DNA from: an uncultured Armatimonadetes bacterium
GTDB taxonomy: Bacteria; Armatimonadota; Hebobacteria; Hebobacterales; Hebobacteraceae
DNA length: 64,000 nucleotides
NCBI GenBank assembly: GCA_963716175.1
Contig: OY970296.1
Span: 544,001 to 608,000, forward strand
Direction: 5' to 3'
In this document: positions 45,632 to 55,409 of the stretch, piece after piece
Layout of the letters: every line of letters starts with the position of its first letter
How positions within the stretch are numbered: position 1 is the stretch's first letter
The notes under the pieces: generated by a model
Told to the model about the DNA's origin: nothing
Databases searched by the model: none
The model's input: only the letters and a program-made list of their open reading frames with translations
Translations under genes and position numbers: made by a program

Positions 45632-47944
45632 ATGAGGGATCGCTCGCAGATGGGGGTGACCCGGCCTGTGCGTTCGGCGCGGCAGCTTATCCCGCTGCCC
45701 GTTGAGCGGCGGCGCCGCCTCCGCTATGAGGTGGTGGGCCTCGGTCTGTTCACCCTCGGGTTGCTGCTCCTCTTCAGCGCGGGCCGCCATACCGGCTTGC
45801 TCGCCCCGGCCCTGAACTCGGCGCTGGCGGTGCTGGTTGGCCGCTGGGGCGCGGTGGCCATCTCCCTGGGACTGGTCGCCCTGGGCGGGGCCATGGTACT
45901 GCGCTGGGAGCCCATCGCCTTCGCCCGGCTGGCGTCCGGGTTCGGCATCTTGCTCTGGATCTTCCTGGGCATCTGCGAGCTGCGCGCCCCGGGCGCCGGG
46001 CTGTTCGGTCGCACCCTTGCCGGCGAGCCAGGCGGGCTGCTGGGCCTGCTCGTCTCGGAGGCCCTCCGCCCCCTGTTCGGGCGGACCTTCGGGGTGGTGG
46101 TCTTGCTGCTGGCCGGCCTGTGCGCTATCGCCCACATCACGGACACGCCGTTGAGCCACCTCCTTCAGGGTGCCGCCGCGTGACGCTTCGCTTGGCGAGA
46201 TCTGCCGCGCTGCTCTCAGGGCCGCGATGGAAAGCACGCCAATCGCGTCGGCCCAGGCCCGGGAGGGCAAACCGACAGCCGCCTGAGCCACCCAGGCTGA
46301 CGGCGCCGCCGGCCCAGCCAGAATCCCCGGCCGGCGAGCCCCAGAGATTGGGCGAAGCCTCCCAGCCGCGCCTGGAGTTGATCGAGGCCCCGAGCGCGAG
46401 ATGAAGAAGCGACGGGGCCTCAGGCAAGCGGCCGCTATGATGACTATCAGCTTCCGCCCCTGGAGCTGCTCACCGAAGTGCCCTCACGCGAGCACGCGGA
46501 GCGAGAGGCCTTGGCCAGCATCGGAACCCTGGAGAATGCGCTTGCCAGTTACGGCATAGACGCGCGCGTGGTGGACGTGGAGCGCGGCCCGCGGGTGACG
46601 CGATACGAGATCCATCTCCCACCCGGGGTGCGCGTGAGCCGCGTCACCAATCTGGCGGATGACCTGGCCTACGCCCTGTCGGCCCTGGCGGTACGCGTGG
46701 AGGCCCCGGTGCCCGGCAAGGGCGTGATCGGCATTGAGGTACCAAACAGCGATGTCACCTTCGTCCACGTGCGCGAGATCCTGGACTCCCAGGTCGCGGC
46801 CCGCACGCCCTCCAAGATCGCATTCGCCCTGGGCCGTGACATCTCGGGCCATCCCATGATGGCCGACCTCGCGACCATGCCTCACCTGCTGATCGCGGGG
46901 GCCACCAACTCGGGCAAGAGCGTCTCCCTGAATGCCCTCATCGCCTCCCTGCTGATTCGCGCCCGGCCCGATGAGGTCAAGCTGCTGCTGATTGATCCCA
47001 AGCGAGTCGAGCTGAGCCTGTTCGAGGGCATTCCTCACCTCGCCGCGCCCGTTGCCCACGATGCCAAGGAGGCGGCCGGCCTGCTGCGGTGGGCGATCCG
47101 CGAGATGGAGCTTCGCTACTCCCAGTTCGCGGACCTCGGCGTGCGCAACATCCTGGGCTGGAATGAGCGGGCGAAGATAGATGAGGAGCTGGAACCCTTC
47201 TACTACCTGGTGATCGTAGTGGATGAACTTGCCGACCTCATGATGCAGGCCGCCACCGAATTCGAGACTTCCATCTGCCGTCTCGCCCAGCTTGCCCGCG
47301 CCACCGGCATTCACCTGGTGGTGGCCACGCAGCGGCCCTCGGTCAACGTCATCACCGGCACCATCAAGGCCAACATCGCCTCCCGCATTGCCTTCGCGGT
47401 GGCCTCCCAGGTGGATTCGCGCACCATCCTGGATGTGAATGGAGCAGAGCGATTGGTGGGTTCGGGCGACATGCTCTACCTGCCGCTCGATGCCCCTACC
47501 GGCAAACCCATCCGCATCCAGGGCGCTTATGTCAGCGAACGGGACATCGCCGCGCTGGTCTCGTTCCTGAAGGAACAGGCAAAGCCCCACTATTCGGAAT
47601 CGGCCCTGGAGAGCACAGGGTCGGTGCTGATCCCGGGTCAGGACCAAGCAGATGACCCGATGTTCGAGACTACACTGGAGTATGTGTTGGCGACCAAGCA
47701 CGCTTCCGCCTCCATGCTTCAGCGCAAGTTCAAGCTGGGGTACACGCGCGCCGCTCGCCTGATAGACATGATGGAGGCGCGCGGCTACGTGGGTCCTCAC
47801 GACGGTCGCCGTGCTCGCGAGGTATATGCCAGCCCGGGCGCCCGGGTGGCCGAAATCACCCGCCGGCCTGCCCCGGAACCGGAGGCTTCCGACGAGAGTG
47901 GGTTAGACGAAGACGAGGAACCGGAAGCGCCCGAGGAGGTATAG
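45632..47944 (+). CDS. ftsK: DNA translocase FtsK/SpoIIIE (apparent frameshifts near 46168 and 46388)
   Basis: 4TM N-domain in 45623-46183 (GGLLG motif), Pro-rich linker in 46120-46404, then YQLPPLELL, RVEAPVPGK, Walker A GATNSGKS, VVDELADLMM, ATQRPS, and gamma domain SASMLQRKFKLGYTRAARL. Confidence 0.93.
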
Positions 47945-48339
47945 CGAATGCCGCGAGGCCGGCTGAGTCCCCATCCGCCCAGCAGCAGACCGCTTCCGCT
48001 TGCCCCGAGGATGCCACTAGATGGGCAGCGAGGCATGGCAACTCTCCTTGGCGATGTGGTTAGAATACAACTGAGTGCGGGTATAGTTGGGCGACTCCAC
48101 CTGGGTCAAAGCGATAGTTCTTCCGTCCGGCTTGGCGTCTGTTCTTCACAAACTCCCCGATCCACCACATCTCTCCCAGTTACGGCGCCCGGTTCTTATT
48201 GGAATAAGGAATATAGCCGCTGACCGCGGCCATAGTGTGATGGCATGCCAGCAGCCAGGGCGACAGGGGAAGAGCCCCTATACACTCGCGGCGCTCGCTC
48301 GCGCGTGTCTGCCGCTCCTCGCATGATAAGGGAGTCAGC

Positions 48340-50037
48340 TTGAGACAGAAGGACAAGAAGCTGGGTGAGATCCTGACCGCCCGCAGCGCCGTGATGCAGG
48401 TGGACCTCGAGAAAGCCCTGGCCGAGCAGAAGCAGACCAAGGGCTTCCTGGGCCAGATCCTGCTCAAGCGCGGCGTGATCAAGAAGCGCGATCTGGCGCA
48501 AGCCCTGGAGGAGCAGCTCGGCGTACCCTTCGTGGAGCTGTCCGATATCTCGATCCCCCCCGAGATCGCCGGGCTGTTGCCCGAGAGCCTGGTGCGTCTC
48601 CATCGCGCCCTGCCCTTCGACCTAGAGGGTGACGTGATGTCGGTAGGCATGGCCGACCCCCTGAACCTCACGGCCATTGAGTCTATGCGGCTGGTCACCG
48701 GCCTCCAGGTGAAGCCCTTCTTCGCCCCAGAGGAAGACGTTTTGCTTGCCACCAACACCGTGTTCGATGGCCGGGTCGCCGCTTACAAGGCGATTGAGGA
48801 CACCTCCAGCATGGGCCAGGAGGAGAGCAACGGGATCACGGTCCGAGAGCTGGAGCGCATGGTGGAGGACGCGCCGGTGGTCCGGCTGGTGGACTCCATC
48901 GTCCAGGGGGCGATCACCGGGCTTGCCAGCGACATCCATGTGGAGCCTCAGGAGCGCGCGGTGCGGGTCCGATACCGCGTCGACGGGGTGCTCTATGACA
49001 TGATGGAGATCCCCAAGCGGCTGCAGTCGGCGGTTATCTCCCGGGTCAAGATCATGGCCGGCATGAATATCGCGGAACGCCGCGTCCCCCAGGACGGCCG
49101 CATGTCGGTGGGGGCGAACGGGCAGGCCTATAACCTGCGAGTCTCCTCCCTGCTCACCGTGTTTGGCGAGAAAGTGGTGATGAGAATCCTGGACAAGTCC
49201 TCCGTGCTCTTGCAGCTGGAGGACCTAGGGTTCCTGCCCGAGCAGCAGACCGTAGTGGAATCCTTGATCCGGAAACCCTATGGCATGGTCCTATCCACCG
49301 GCCCCACCGGCTCCGGGAAGACGACCACTCTGTACACCGCCCTCCACCGGGTGAACCGTGGAGATAACAACATCGTTACCGTGGAGGACCCGGTCGAGTA
49401 CCAGTTGGCCGGGATCAACCAGACCCAGGTGAACCTGGCGGCGAACATCACCTTCGCCCGAGGCCTGCGCTCCATCCTGCGGCAGGACCCCGATGTGATC
49501 ATGGTGGGCGAGATCCGGGATCTGGAGACGGCCGAGATCGCGGTGCAGTCCGCACTCACCGGCCATCTGGTCTTCAGCTCGCTGCACACCAACGATGCCG
49601 CCTCCGCCTTGCCGCGATTGCTGGACATGGGAGTGGAGCCGTTCCTCATCGCCTCTTCGGTGATCGGGGTGATCGGCCAGCGCCTGGTGCGAGTGGTATG
49701 TCGCTCCTGCAAGGTGAGCTACGAGCCTGATCCGCGGGTGTTGAAGGAGCTGGGGCTGCCCAAGGAGGACCAAGGCCGGGTGCGCTTCGTCCGCGGCGAG
49801 GGCTGCCCGGCCTGCAGCAACCGGGGCTATCGTGGCCGCACCGGGGTGTTCGAGGTGCTGCGCCTGAGCGAGCCCATCAAGCGCATGGTGTTGGACAAGC
49901 GATTGGCCCTCGAGATCAGGGAGGCAGCGGTCGGAGAGGGCATGATCCTGATGCAGCAGTGCGGCCTGCGCAAAGTGCTGGATGGTGTCACCTCACCGGA
50001 AGAGGTAATGCGCGTCACCTACGTCGAGGAGGAGTGA
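48340..50037 (+). CDS. pilB: type IV pilus assembly ATPase PilB/GspE
   Basis: N-terminal KLGEIL/FLGQIL repeats, ASDIHVEP, GPTGSGKTT, VEDPVEY, RQDPDVIMVGEIRD, TGHLVFSSLHTND, tetra-Cys motif. RBS AAGGGAG. Confidence 0.95.
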   Translation: MRQKDKKLGEILTARSAVMQVDLEKALAEQKQTKGFLGQILLKRGVIKKRDLAQALEEQLGVPFVELSDISIPPEIAGLLPESLVRLHRALPFDLEGDVMSVGMADPLNLTAIESMRLVTGLQVKPFFAPEEDVLLATNTVFDGRVAAYKAIEDTSSMGQEESNGITVRELERMVEDAPVVRLVDSIVQGAITGLASDIHVEPQERAVRVRYRVDGVLYDMMEIPKRLQSAVISRVKIMAGMNIAERRVPQDGRMSVGANGQAYNLRVSSLLTVFGEKVVMRILDKSSVLLQLEDLGFLPEQQTVVESLIRKPYGMVLSTGPTGSGKTTTLYTALHRVNRGDNNIVTVEDPVEYQLAGINQTQVNLAANITFARGLRSILRQDPDVIMVGEIRDLETAEIAVQSALTGHLVFSSLHTNDAASALPRLLDMGVEPFLIASSVIGVIGQRLVRVVCRSCKVSYEPDPRVLKELGLPKEDQGRVRFVRGEGCPACSNRGYRGRTGVFEVLRLSEPIKRMVLDKRLALEIREAAVGEGMILMQQCGLRKVLDGVTSPEEVMRVTYVEEE

Positions 50038-50045
50038 TCTCACCC

Positions 50046-51275
50046 ATGCCCACCTTCCGCTACCGAGCTAGAGATGCTGCTGGCGCGCCTGTGCAGGGGG
50101 CGCTGGTGGCCGACAACGAGCGACTGGTCAAGCTCAAGGTCACCGAGATGGGCTACTTCCCAGTGGCGGTGGAGCAGATGAAGGATCGCAGCGGCCGCAC
50201 GCTGGGCCTGCTCCCTCGCCGCGTGCGCTACGACGACGTGGTGGTCTTCTCCTGGCAGTTCTCCGCTATGATCGGGTCGGGCATCCCCTTGATCGCCTGC
50301 CTGGGCGCGCTCAAGGAGCAGACCGAGAGCCCCGAACTGTCCCGCGTGATCGGGGAGATCCGCCAGCAGGTGCAGGATGGGCAGTCGCTCTCCTCTGCCA
50401 TGGGCAAGTACCCTCACATCTTCTCGCCCACCATGATCAGCCTCATCCGGGCGGGCGAGTCGGGAGGGTTCCTGGAGCTGTCGCTGGAGCGCATTGCCAT
50501 CCAGCTGGACAAGGACGCCGACCTGCGCCAGAAAGTGCGCTCCGCCTTTGTCTATCCCGCTCTGGTGGTAGGCCTGGCCATGGGCATTGTCGCTTTCCTG
50601 CTGGCCTTCGTCATCCCCGTCTTCGCCCAGGTCTACAAGAGCGCGGCCCTCGACCTGCCCACGATCACGAAGGCCTTGATCGCAGTCTCCGGCTTCTTCG
50701 TGAAGTGGTGGTGGGCGCTGGGGCTCGGCATCATCGGGCTGGTCATGGGCATTCGCTATTATGCTCGCACCGAGAAGGGCAAGCCCAAGACCGATGCCCT
50801 GAAGCTGCGGTTGCCCCTGCTGGGAGGTCTGATCCGCAAGATCTCGATCTCTCGCGCCATCCGCGTGCTGGGCACCCTGATCACAACCGGTGTGCCTCTG
50901 GTGCAGGCCTTGGAGGACGCCGCCCGGGTGGCCGAAAACTGGGTGATCGCCTCCGCCCTGCGCTTCGCCACGGTGCGGGTCACCGAAGGCCACGAGCTGG
51001 CCCAGCCCCTGGAGGCGAGCGGCCAATTCCCGGCCATGGTGATCCAGATGGTGGCCGCGGGCGAGGAGTCAGGCGACCTCGGAGGCATGATGAACAAAGT
51101 GGCCGACTTCTACGACCGCGACGTTGAATATGCGGTGAAGCGGCTAACACCAGTTATGGAGTTTTTGTTGATAATATTCGTGGGGGCAATCGTGGGGCTA
51201 GTCGCCATCTCCATGTACATGCCTATCTTCAACCTGACCAGCTTGCTGAAGGGCAAGCCGGGGATAACCCCGTGA
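50046..51275 (+). CDS. pilC: type IV pilus platform protein PilC/GspF
   Basis: MPTFRYRARD, SGIPL, GESGG, YP..., GEESG, MYMPIF. RBS GAGGAG. Confidence 0.95.
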   Translation: MPTFRYRARDAAGAPVQGALVADNERLVKLKVTEMGYFPVAVEQMKDRSGRTLGLLPRRVRYDDVVVFSWQFSAMIGSGIPLIACLGALKEQTESPELSRVIGEIRQQVQDGQSLSSAMGKYPHIFSPTMISLIRAGESGGFLELSLERIAIQLDKDADLRQKVRSAFVYPALVVGLAMGIVAFLLAFVIPVFAQVYKSAALDLPTITKALIAVSGFFVKWWWALGLGIIGLVMGIRYYARTEKGKPKTDALKLRLPLLGGLIRKISISRAIRVLGTLITTGVPLVQALEDAARVAENWVIASALRFATVRVTEGHELAQPLEASGQFPAMVIQMVAAGEESGDLGGMMNKVADFYDRDVEYAVKRLTPVMEFLLIIFVGAIVGLVAISMYMPIFNLTSLLKGKPGITP

Positions 51276-51352
51276 ACCTCATGGGAACCAACCGGCGCCT
51301 CGGTGAGGATGCCGTGTGGTTGATAGCTTGAACCTCGGAAGGAGGTGAGAAG

Positions 51353-51823
51353 ATGAGACGCTGGACCCAGAAGATGCGCAGTAGGCGTGGCTTCACGATG
51401 GTGGAGCTGCTGGTGGTGATAATCATCATCGCCGTCCTGGTCGCCATTGCGCTGCCCAGGTACTTCGCAGCTATCTACGCCGGCCGGGTGCATGCCTGCC
51501 AGGCCAACTTCAAGATTATCAACACCGCAGCCCAGGCCTACTTCGCCCAGAACAAGATCTGGCCCGAGCAGGTCAGCGACATGTTGCTGGGAGGCACGGC
51601 CCCGCCGGGTGCGCCGACGACGGTGAAAAGCGGCCAGTTGACGGAGCAGCCGATCTGCCCGTTCGACGCGACTTCCGATGGCTCCGATAAGCCGTACGTG
51701 CTGGACAAGGTCTATGAGACCCCCGGCGACCCCAGCACGGCGCAGGTCGGCGTGGAAGTAGGGCCCACCAACCACTTCGACGCGACCAAGCCGTGGCAGA
51801 CCGCTACCGAGCACCTGCCATAG
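51353..51823 (+). CDS. type IV pilin (probable major pilin)
   Basis: RRG|FTMVELLVVIIIIAVL; CQAN...CP Cys pair; very strong RBS AAGGAGGTGA. Confidence 0.9.
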   Translation: MRRWTQKMRSRRGFTMVELLVVIIIIAVLVAIALPRYFAAIYAGRVHACQANFKIINTAAQAYFAQNKIWPEQVSDMLLGGTAPPGAPTTVKSGQLTEQPICPFDATSDGSDKPYVLDKVYETPGDPSTAQVGVEVGPTNHFDATKPWQTATEHLP

Positions 51824-51937
51824 CGCATGAGACCTTGGGAGGCGAGCCAGGCGGTCTCGCCTCCCCCGGTCCTGTGCCGCCGCAGGCAGGCGGCGGCAGA
51901 GGTTCGGAAACTCCGGAAGGATACACGAGTCATCGGC

Positions 51938-52390
51938 ATGAGCGCGCGCCACTGCAAGATGCGCGGCCCGGCGGGGCAGTCTCGCGCCTTCACCCTGGTC
52001 GAGCTGCTGGTGGTGATCATCATCATCGCCGTGCTGCTGGTGATCGCCATCCCCCGCTACTTCGCGGCGGTGTATACGGCAGAGGTCAGAGACTGCCAGT
52101 CGCAGATCAAGGTCATCAACACGGCGGCTCAGGCCTACTTCTCCCGGAATCGTGTCTGGCCCGCCAGGGTAGAAGACATGGTGCGGGGCACGGCGCCCTC
52201 CTGGGCGGTAGGGCTGCCTCTGGACCAAATGCCCGAGTGCCCGTTCGGCAAGCCTTACCATCTGGCGGCCCAATTACAGGACGGAACCACCGGGGTGCCT
52301 ACCTCCGGCAACCCCCAGGTGGGAGTGGCCGTGGTCACGGAGGAGCACTTCGACGGCTCCTGGATCACGGCCACGAAGCACCGAGAGTGA
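51938..52390 (+). CDS. type IV pilin, paralog of the preceding gene
   Basis: RA|FTLVELLVVIIIIAVL, PRYFAA, INTAAQAYF, CPF, QVGV, HFD...W.TAT.H shared with 51353-51823. Confidence 0.88.
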   Translation: MSARHCKMRGPAGQSRAFTLVELLVVIIIIAVLLVIAIPRYFAAVYTAEVRDCQSQIKVINTAAQAYFSRNRVWPARVEDMVRGTAPSWAVGLPLDQMPECPFGKPYHLAAQLQDGTTGVPTSGNPQVGVAVVTEEHFDGSWITATKHRE

Positions 52391-52426
52391 GGGCGGAGGG
52401 CAGCGGACGAGGGCCTTCCGGTTACC

Positions 52427-52879
52427 ATGTGTCAGAGCGAGAAATCAGTGCAGAGGATGATCATCCAAGCCAGCCGGCCGCGGAGAGGGTCGCATTCCCG
52501 GAGCCTCCGAGGATGGACCTTGATCGAACTGATCGCCGTGATGGCGCTGCTAGGCATCGCCGCGCTGATCGGGATCCTATCTCTGTACCGGGGAAAGGCG
52601 CTCTCCGAGGGGCTGGCCTGTCAGGACAATATGCGCGCCATCCACTCCACACTTCAGATCTACTGGGAGAAGAACAGTCGGACCTATCCCGCCGATCAGA
52701 GCGCATTCCAGCAGTTCCTGGCGTCGCCGGTCTACTTCAACAACGGCGAGCCACACTGCCCGGCGGATGCGGATCGCTCGCGGCACTACCAGTATCGCTA
52801 CACGCCCAACCCCAACCCGGTGCCGAGTGACATCGTGATCACCTGCCCGGTGGCGGGTTCCGGGCATGGGGCGATGTGA
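52427..52879 (+). CDS. minor type IV pilin
   Basis: RG|WTLIELIAVMALLG; CQDNMRAI...HCP...TCP. Start could be 52457. Confidence 0.82.
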   Translation: MCQSEKSVQRMIIQASRPRRGSHSRSLRGWTLIELIAVMALLGIAALIGILSLYRGKALSEGLACQDNMRAIHSTLQIYWEKNSRTYPADQSAFQQFLASPVYFNNGEPHCPADADRSRHYQYRYTPNPNPVPSDIVITCPVAGSGHGAM

Positions 52880-52909
52880 AGTCCGGCCGGCGAGAGGCGG
52901 CAAGCTGAG

Positions 52910-54190
52910 GTGAGCAAGCTAGAGCGGGAGCGAGGCCGCGATGGATTCTCCTTCGTGGCCGTGCTGATGGTGATGCTAGTGCTGGCCATCCTGATCGCGG
53001 GCGTGCTGGCGATGGCGGTCTCCGCCCGCAATCTCTCCACCTCGCGGCACGAGTACGCCGAGGCCCTCTACGTGTCCGAGGCCGGGATCAACAAGCTGAT
53101 GTCTGATTGGAGGAAGACAGGCGCGCCTCCGGCCCAGCCCTATCAGGGGACGATCAGCAATGCCTCCACCAACGGCTCCTACCATGTTACCTGGGACTAC
53201 TGGCAGCCTCTACCCGGGCTGACTCGATACGATGTGGTGGTCCTGACCTCCAGAGGTACGATCAACACCGGTCTGCCGAGCACTATTTACAACTTGACCC
53301 GCACGGTGCAGGCGAACCTGGACGTCAATGGCGACTGGGCCTGGAACCATGTCTACACTACCAATGACCCAGACCCGGCCTACCAGGTCCCGCCGTACGC
53401 TGACATCAACGGCGCCTCCGGACTCATCACTCCTTCGAGTTATCTGAACGAGCACGGGCCGGGCATGTCCAGCAAGCTCCCGACGCCCGAGTGGAACGAG
53501 TGGGAGGCGGCAGCTCTGTCCTATGACACGCTGCCGTACTCGAAGATTAGCAGCGGGACGGCCGACCCGAATCGGCACCTGTATTGGTCGGGGCAGACTA
53601 CCAGCTCCCACACTGGGGCCGGTCATACTCACTACAACTACTTCACGCCCGATCCGTACTTCCCCGGCCTGAGCTACCCCGCGGCCTATGGCTGCAACAA
53701 CTTCACCGTCGAGTTCAGAAAGCAGGCCGGGACCGACTACAATGGCGTCTATTTCGTGCACGGGAACGTCATCATCAAGAACGGGATCACGGTGAACGGC
53801 ACCATCGTCGCCACGGGTGACATCACCTTCCAGGGCCAGGGGCAGAGCGACATCAACGTGCTTATCAAGAACCAAGACGACTGCGCCGCGCGCACAGTTT
53901 ATCCCGCGCTGATCGCGGGCCGGGATATCCAGATCCGCGACCAGTCCACTTTCCACACCTATGGCATCATCTGGGCGGGCCAATCCTTCATCGCCAAGGC
54001 GGCCGACCAGGCGGGATGCGTGGTCGCTCCGCACATCACGCTCTCGGGCAACTTCAGCGTGACCTACGGCTTCGACACCACCAACCCTGGCTGCCCGCGG
54101 TACGAGCCCGGGGCGTCGCCGCCGCCCATGTTCAACGAGCCCGGCATGAACAACCTGCAGCCGGTGCCGCATTCCTGGCGGGAGCTATAG
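52910..54190 (+). CDS. large PilX/GspK-like minor pilin (tip/adhesin candidate)
   Basis: DG|FSFVAVL (no Glu+5, typical of PilX/GspK); ALYVSEAGIN; C-terminal beta-helix-like GVYFVHGNV..GTIVATGDI..ALIAGRDI. Confidence 0.82.
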   Translation: MSKLERERGRDGFSFVAVLMVMLVLAILIAGVLAMAVSARNLSTSRHEYAEALYVSEAGINKLMSDWRKTGAPPAQPYQGTISNASTNGSYHVTWDYWQPLPGLTRYDVVVLTSRGTINTGLPSTIYNLTRTVQANLDVNGDWAWNHVYTTNDPDPAYQVPPYADINGASGLITPSSYLNEHGPGMSSKLPTPEWNEWEAAALSYDTLPYSKISSGTADPNRHLYWSGQTTSSHTGAGHTHYNYFTPDPYFPGLSYPAAYGCNNFTVEFRKQAGTDYNGVYFVHGNVIIKNGITVNGTIVATGDITFQGQGQSDINVLIKNQDDCAARTVYPALIAGRDIQIRDQSTFHTYGIIWAGQSFIAKAADQAGCVVAPHITLSGNFSVTYGFDTTNPGCPRYEPGASPPPMFNEPGMNNLQPVPHSWREL

Positions 54191-54191
54191 G

Positions 54192-54716
54192 ATGAGCATC
54201 GTTGAATATGGCCAAGCTGTCATCCTGAACTCCGCGGAACATGGGGCGAAGCACCTCGCCGTTGCCTCTCCGATGCACACGAGAAGACGTGGTTCTTCGC
54301 GTCGCACTTCGCGCTCGCTCAGAATGACAACCTGTCCCCGCCCTACAGGAGGCCTCACCCTGGTGGAGGTGCTGATCGCCCTCACCATCCTGGCGGTGGT
54401 GTTGCTGCCGGTGATGATCGGCTTCTCTCAGGCGATCATCACCACCAACGAGACCTCCATTGAATCTGTGGCCAGCAGCATCGCGCGGGCAACGCTGGAG
54501 AATCTCAAGGTAGTGGGATACGACAATATCCTGAGCCAGGAGCGGGCGGCTGCCCCTGGCAATGCGCGCTTCGAGGTGGCAGTCGAGGTGAGCGAGCCTG
54601 AGCCCAATGGCCCTCAGTTAGAGGGACTGAAGGTCGCGGTGGTCTCAGTGTACCAGAAGGGATCCCCGAGCCCGATGGCGGTGCTGACGACCTACTTCAC
54701 ACCGGTAGGAGTGTGA
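54192..54716 (+). CDS. PilV/GspI-like minor pilin with long leader
   Basis: GG|LTLVEVLIALTILAVVL; ARATLENL; LKVAVVSV. Confidence 0.82.
   Translation: MSIVEYGQAVILNSAEHGAKHLAVASPMHTRRRGSSRRTSRSLRMTTCPRPTGGLTLVEVLIALTILAVVLLPVMIGFSQAIITTNETSIESVASSIARATLENLKVVGYDNILSQERAAAPGNARFEVAVEVSEPEPNGPQLEGLKVAVVSVYQKGSPSPMAVLTTYFTPVGV
54218..54329. repeat. palindromic REP/MITE-like element TGTCATCCTGA...TCAGAATGACA within the pilin leader
   Basis: 10/11-bp terminal inverted repeat; inner pairing CGAAGCACC/GGTTCTTCG. Confidence 0.65.
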
Positions 54717-54720
54717 GCCA

Positions 54721-55320
54721 GTGGACGCTGGCAGCCGAATGAGGCATATAGACAACTGGGGGTTCACCTTAGCCGAGATGTTGGTGGCCATGCTGGTGGG
54801 GCTGCTGGTAGTGAGCGGACTCTACCAGTTGTTTGTTGCCGGCCTCACCGCCCAGACCACCACCAGCTCGCAAGTGGAGCTTGACCGGAAGGCCGAGGTG
54901 GCCATGGATGACATCGCCTTTCGGCTGCGGCAGGGCGGGCGCTCCATACTCTACAACACGCCTGCGATCCTGGACGATTGGGATTCCCAGCACCCGGACC
55001 GGATCCACTTTGCCGCGCCCCCGGGGGCTGACCTGGAGCCGGTGCCGGACCCAAGCGGGCAGCCGCAGGAGGTGCGCTACTGGCAAAACGGGCATGCGTT
55101 GATGAGGAAGATAGGGGGGTCCGGCTACAGTGGAGGGGTGGCGGCGGCCAGCGACGTGCAGCAACTGAGCTTCACCTTCTACGCCTACAATGGCAGCACC
55201 GGGCAGCTGGTGGCAACCACGCTGGCCGCGCAGACGGTCGCGGTGAAGGCTCTCTTGACGCTGCAGGATGGCACGACCACGAGCCAGTTAGAGTCAACGA
55301 TTAAGCTGCGCAATATGTGA
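54721..55320 (+). CDS. PilW/GspJ-like minor pilin
   Basis: WG|FTLAEMLVAMLVGLLV; AMDDIAFRLRQ; ASDVQQLSFTFY; C-terminal IKLRN. Confidence 0.85.
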   Translation: MDAGSRMRHIDNWGFTLAEMLVAMLVGLLVVSGLYQLFVAGLTAQTTTSSQVELDRKAEVAMDDIAFRLRQGGRSILYNTPAILDDWDSQHPDRIHFAAPPGADLEPVPDPSGQPQEVRYWQNGHALMRKIGGSGYSGGVAAASDVQQLSFTFYAYNGSTGQLVATTLAAQTVAVKALLTLQDGTTTSQLESTIKLRNM

Positions 55321-55409
55321 ACCAATCAGTGGGGGGCCCGATCTGCCGCCCCGCGACCGAGACGGAGCGGGAGCCCTTTGCCCTCTAAGCGAGTTGTGGA
55401 AGGGAAACT

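Noticed and set aside
47945-48339. Riboswitch or sigma54 promoter in the long ftsK-pilB spacer
   Set aside because: Only partial matches (TGGCAT-N5-CAGC at 48241; TAGAAT at 48061 without a -35). No recognisable aptamer core.
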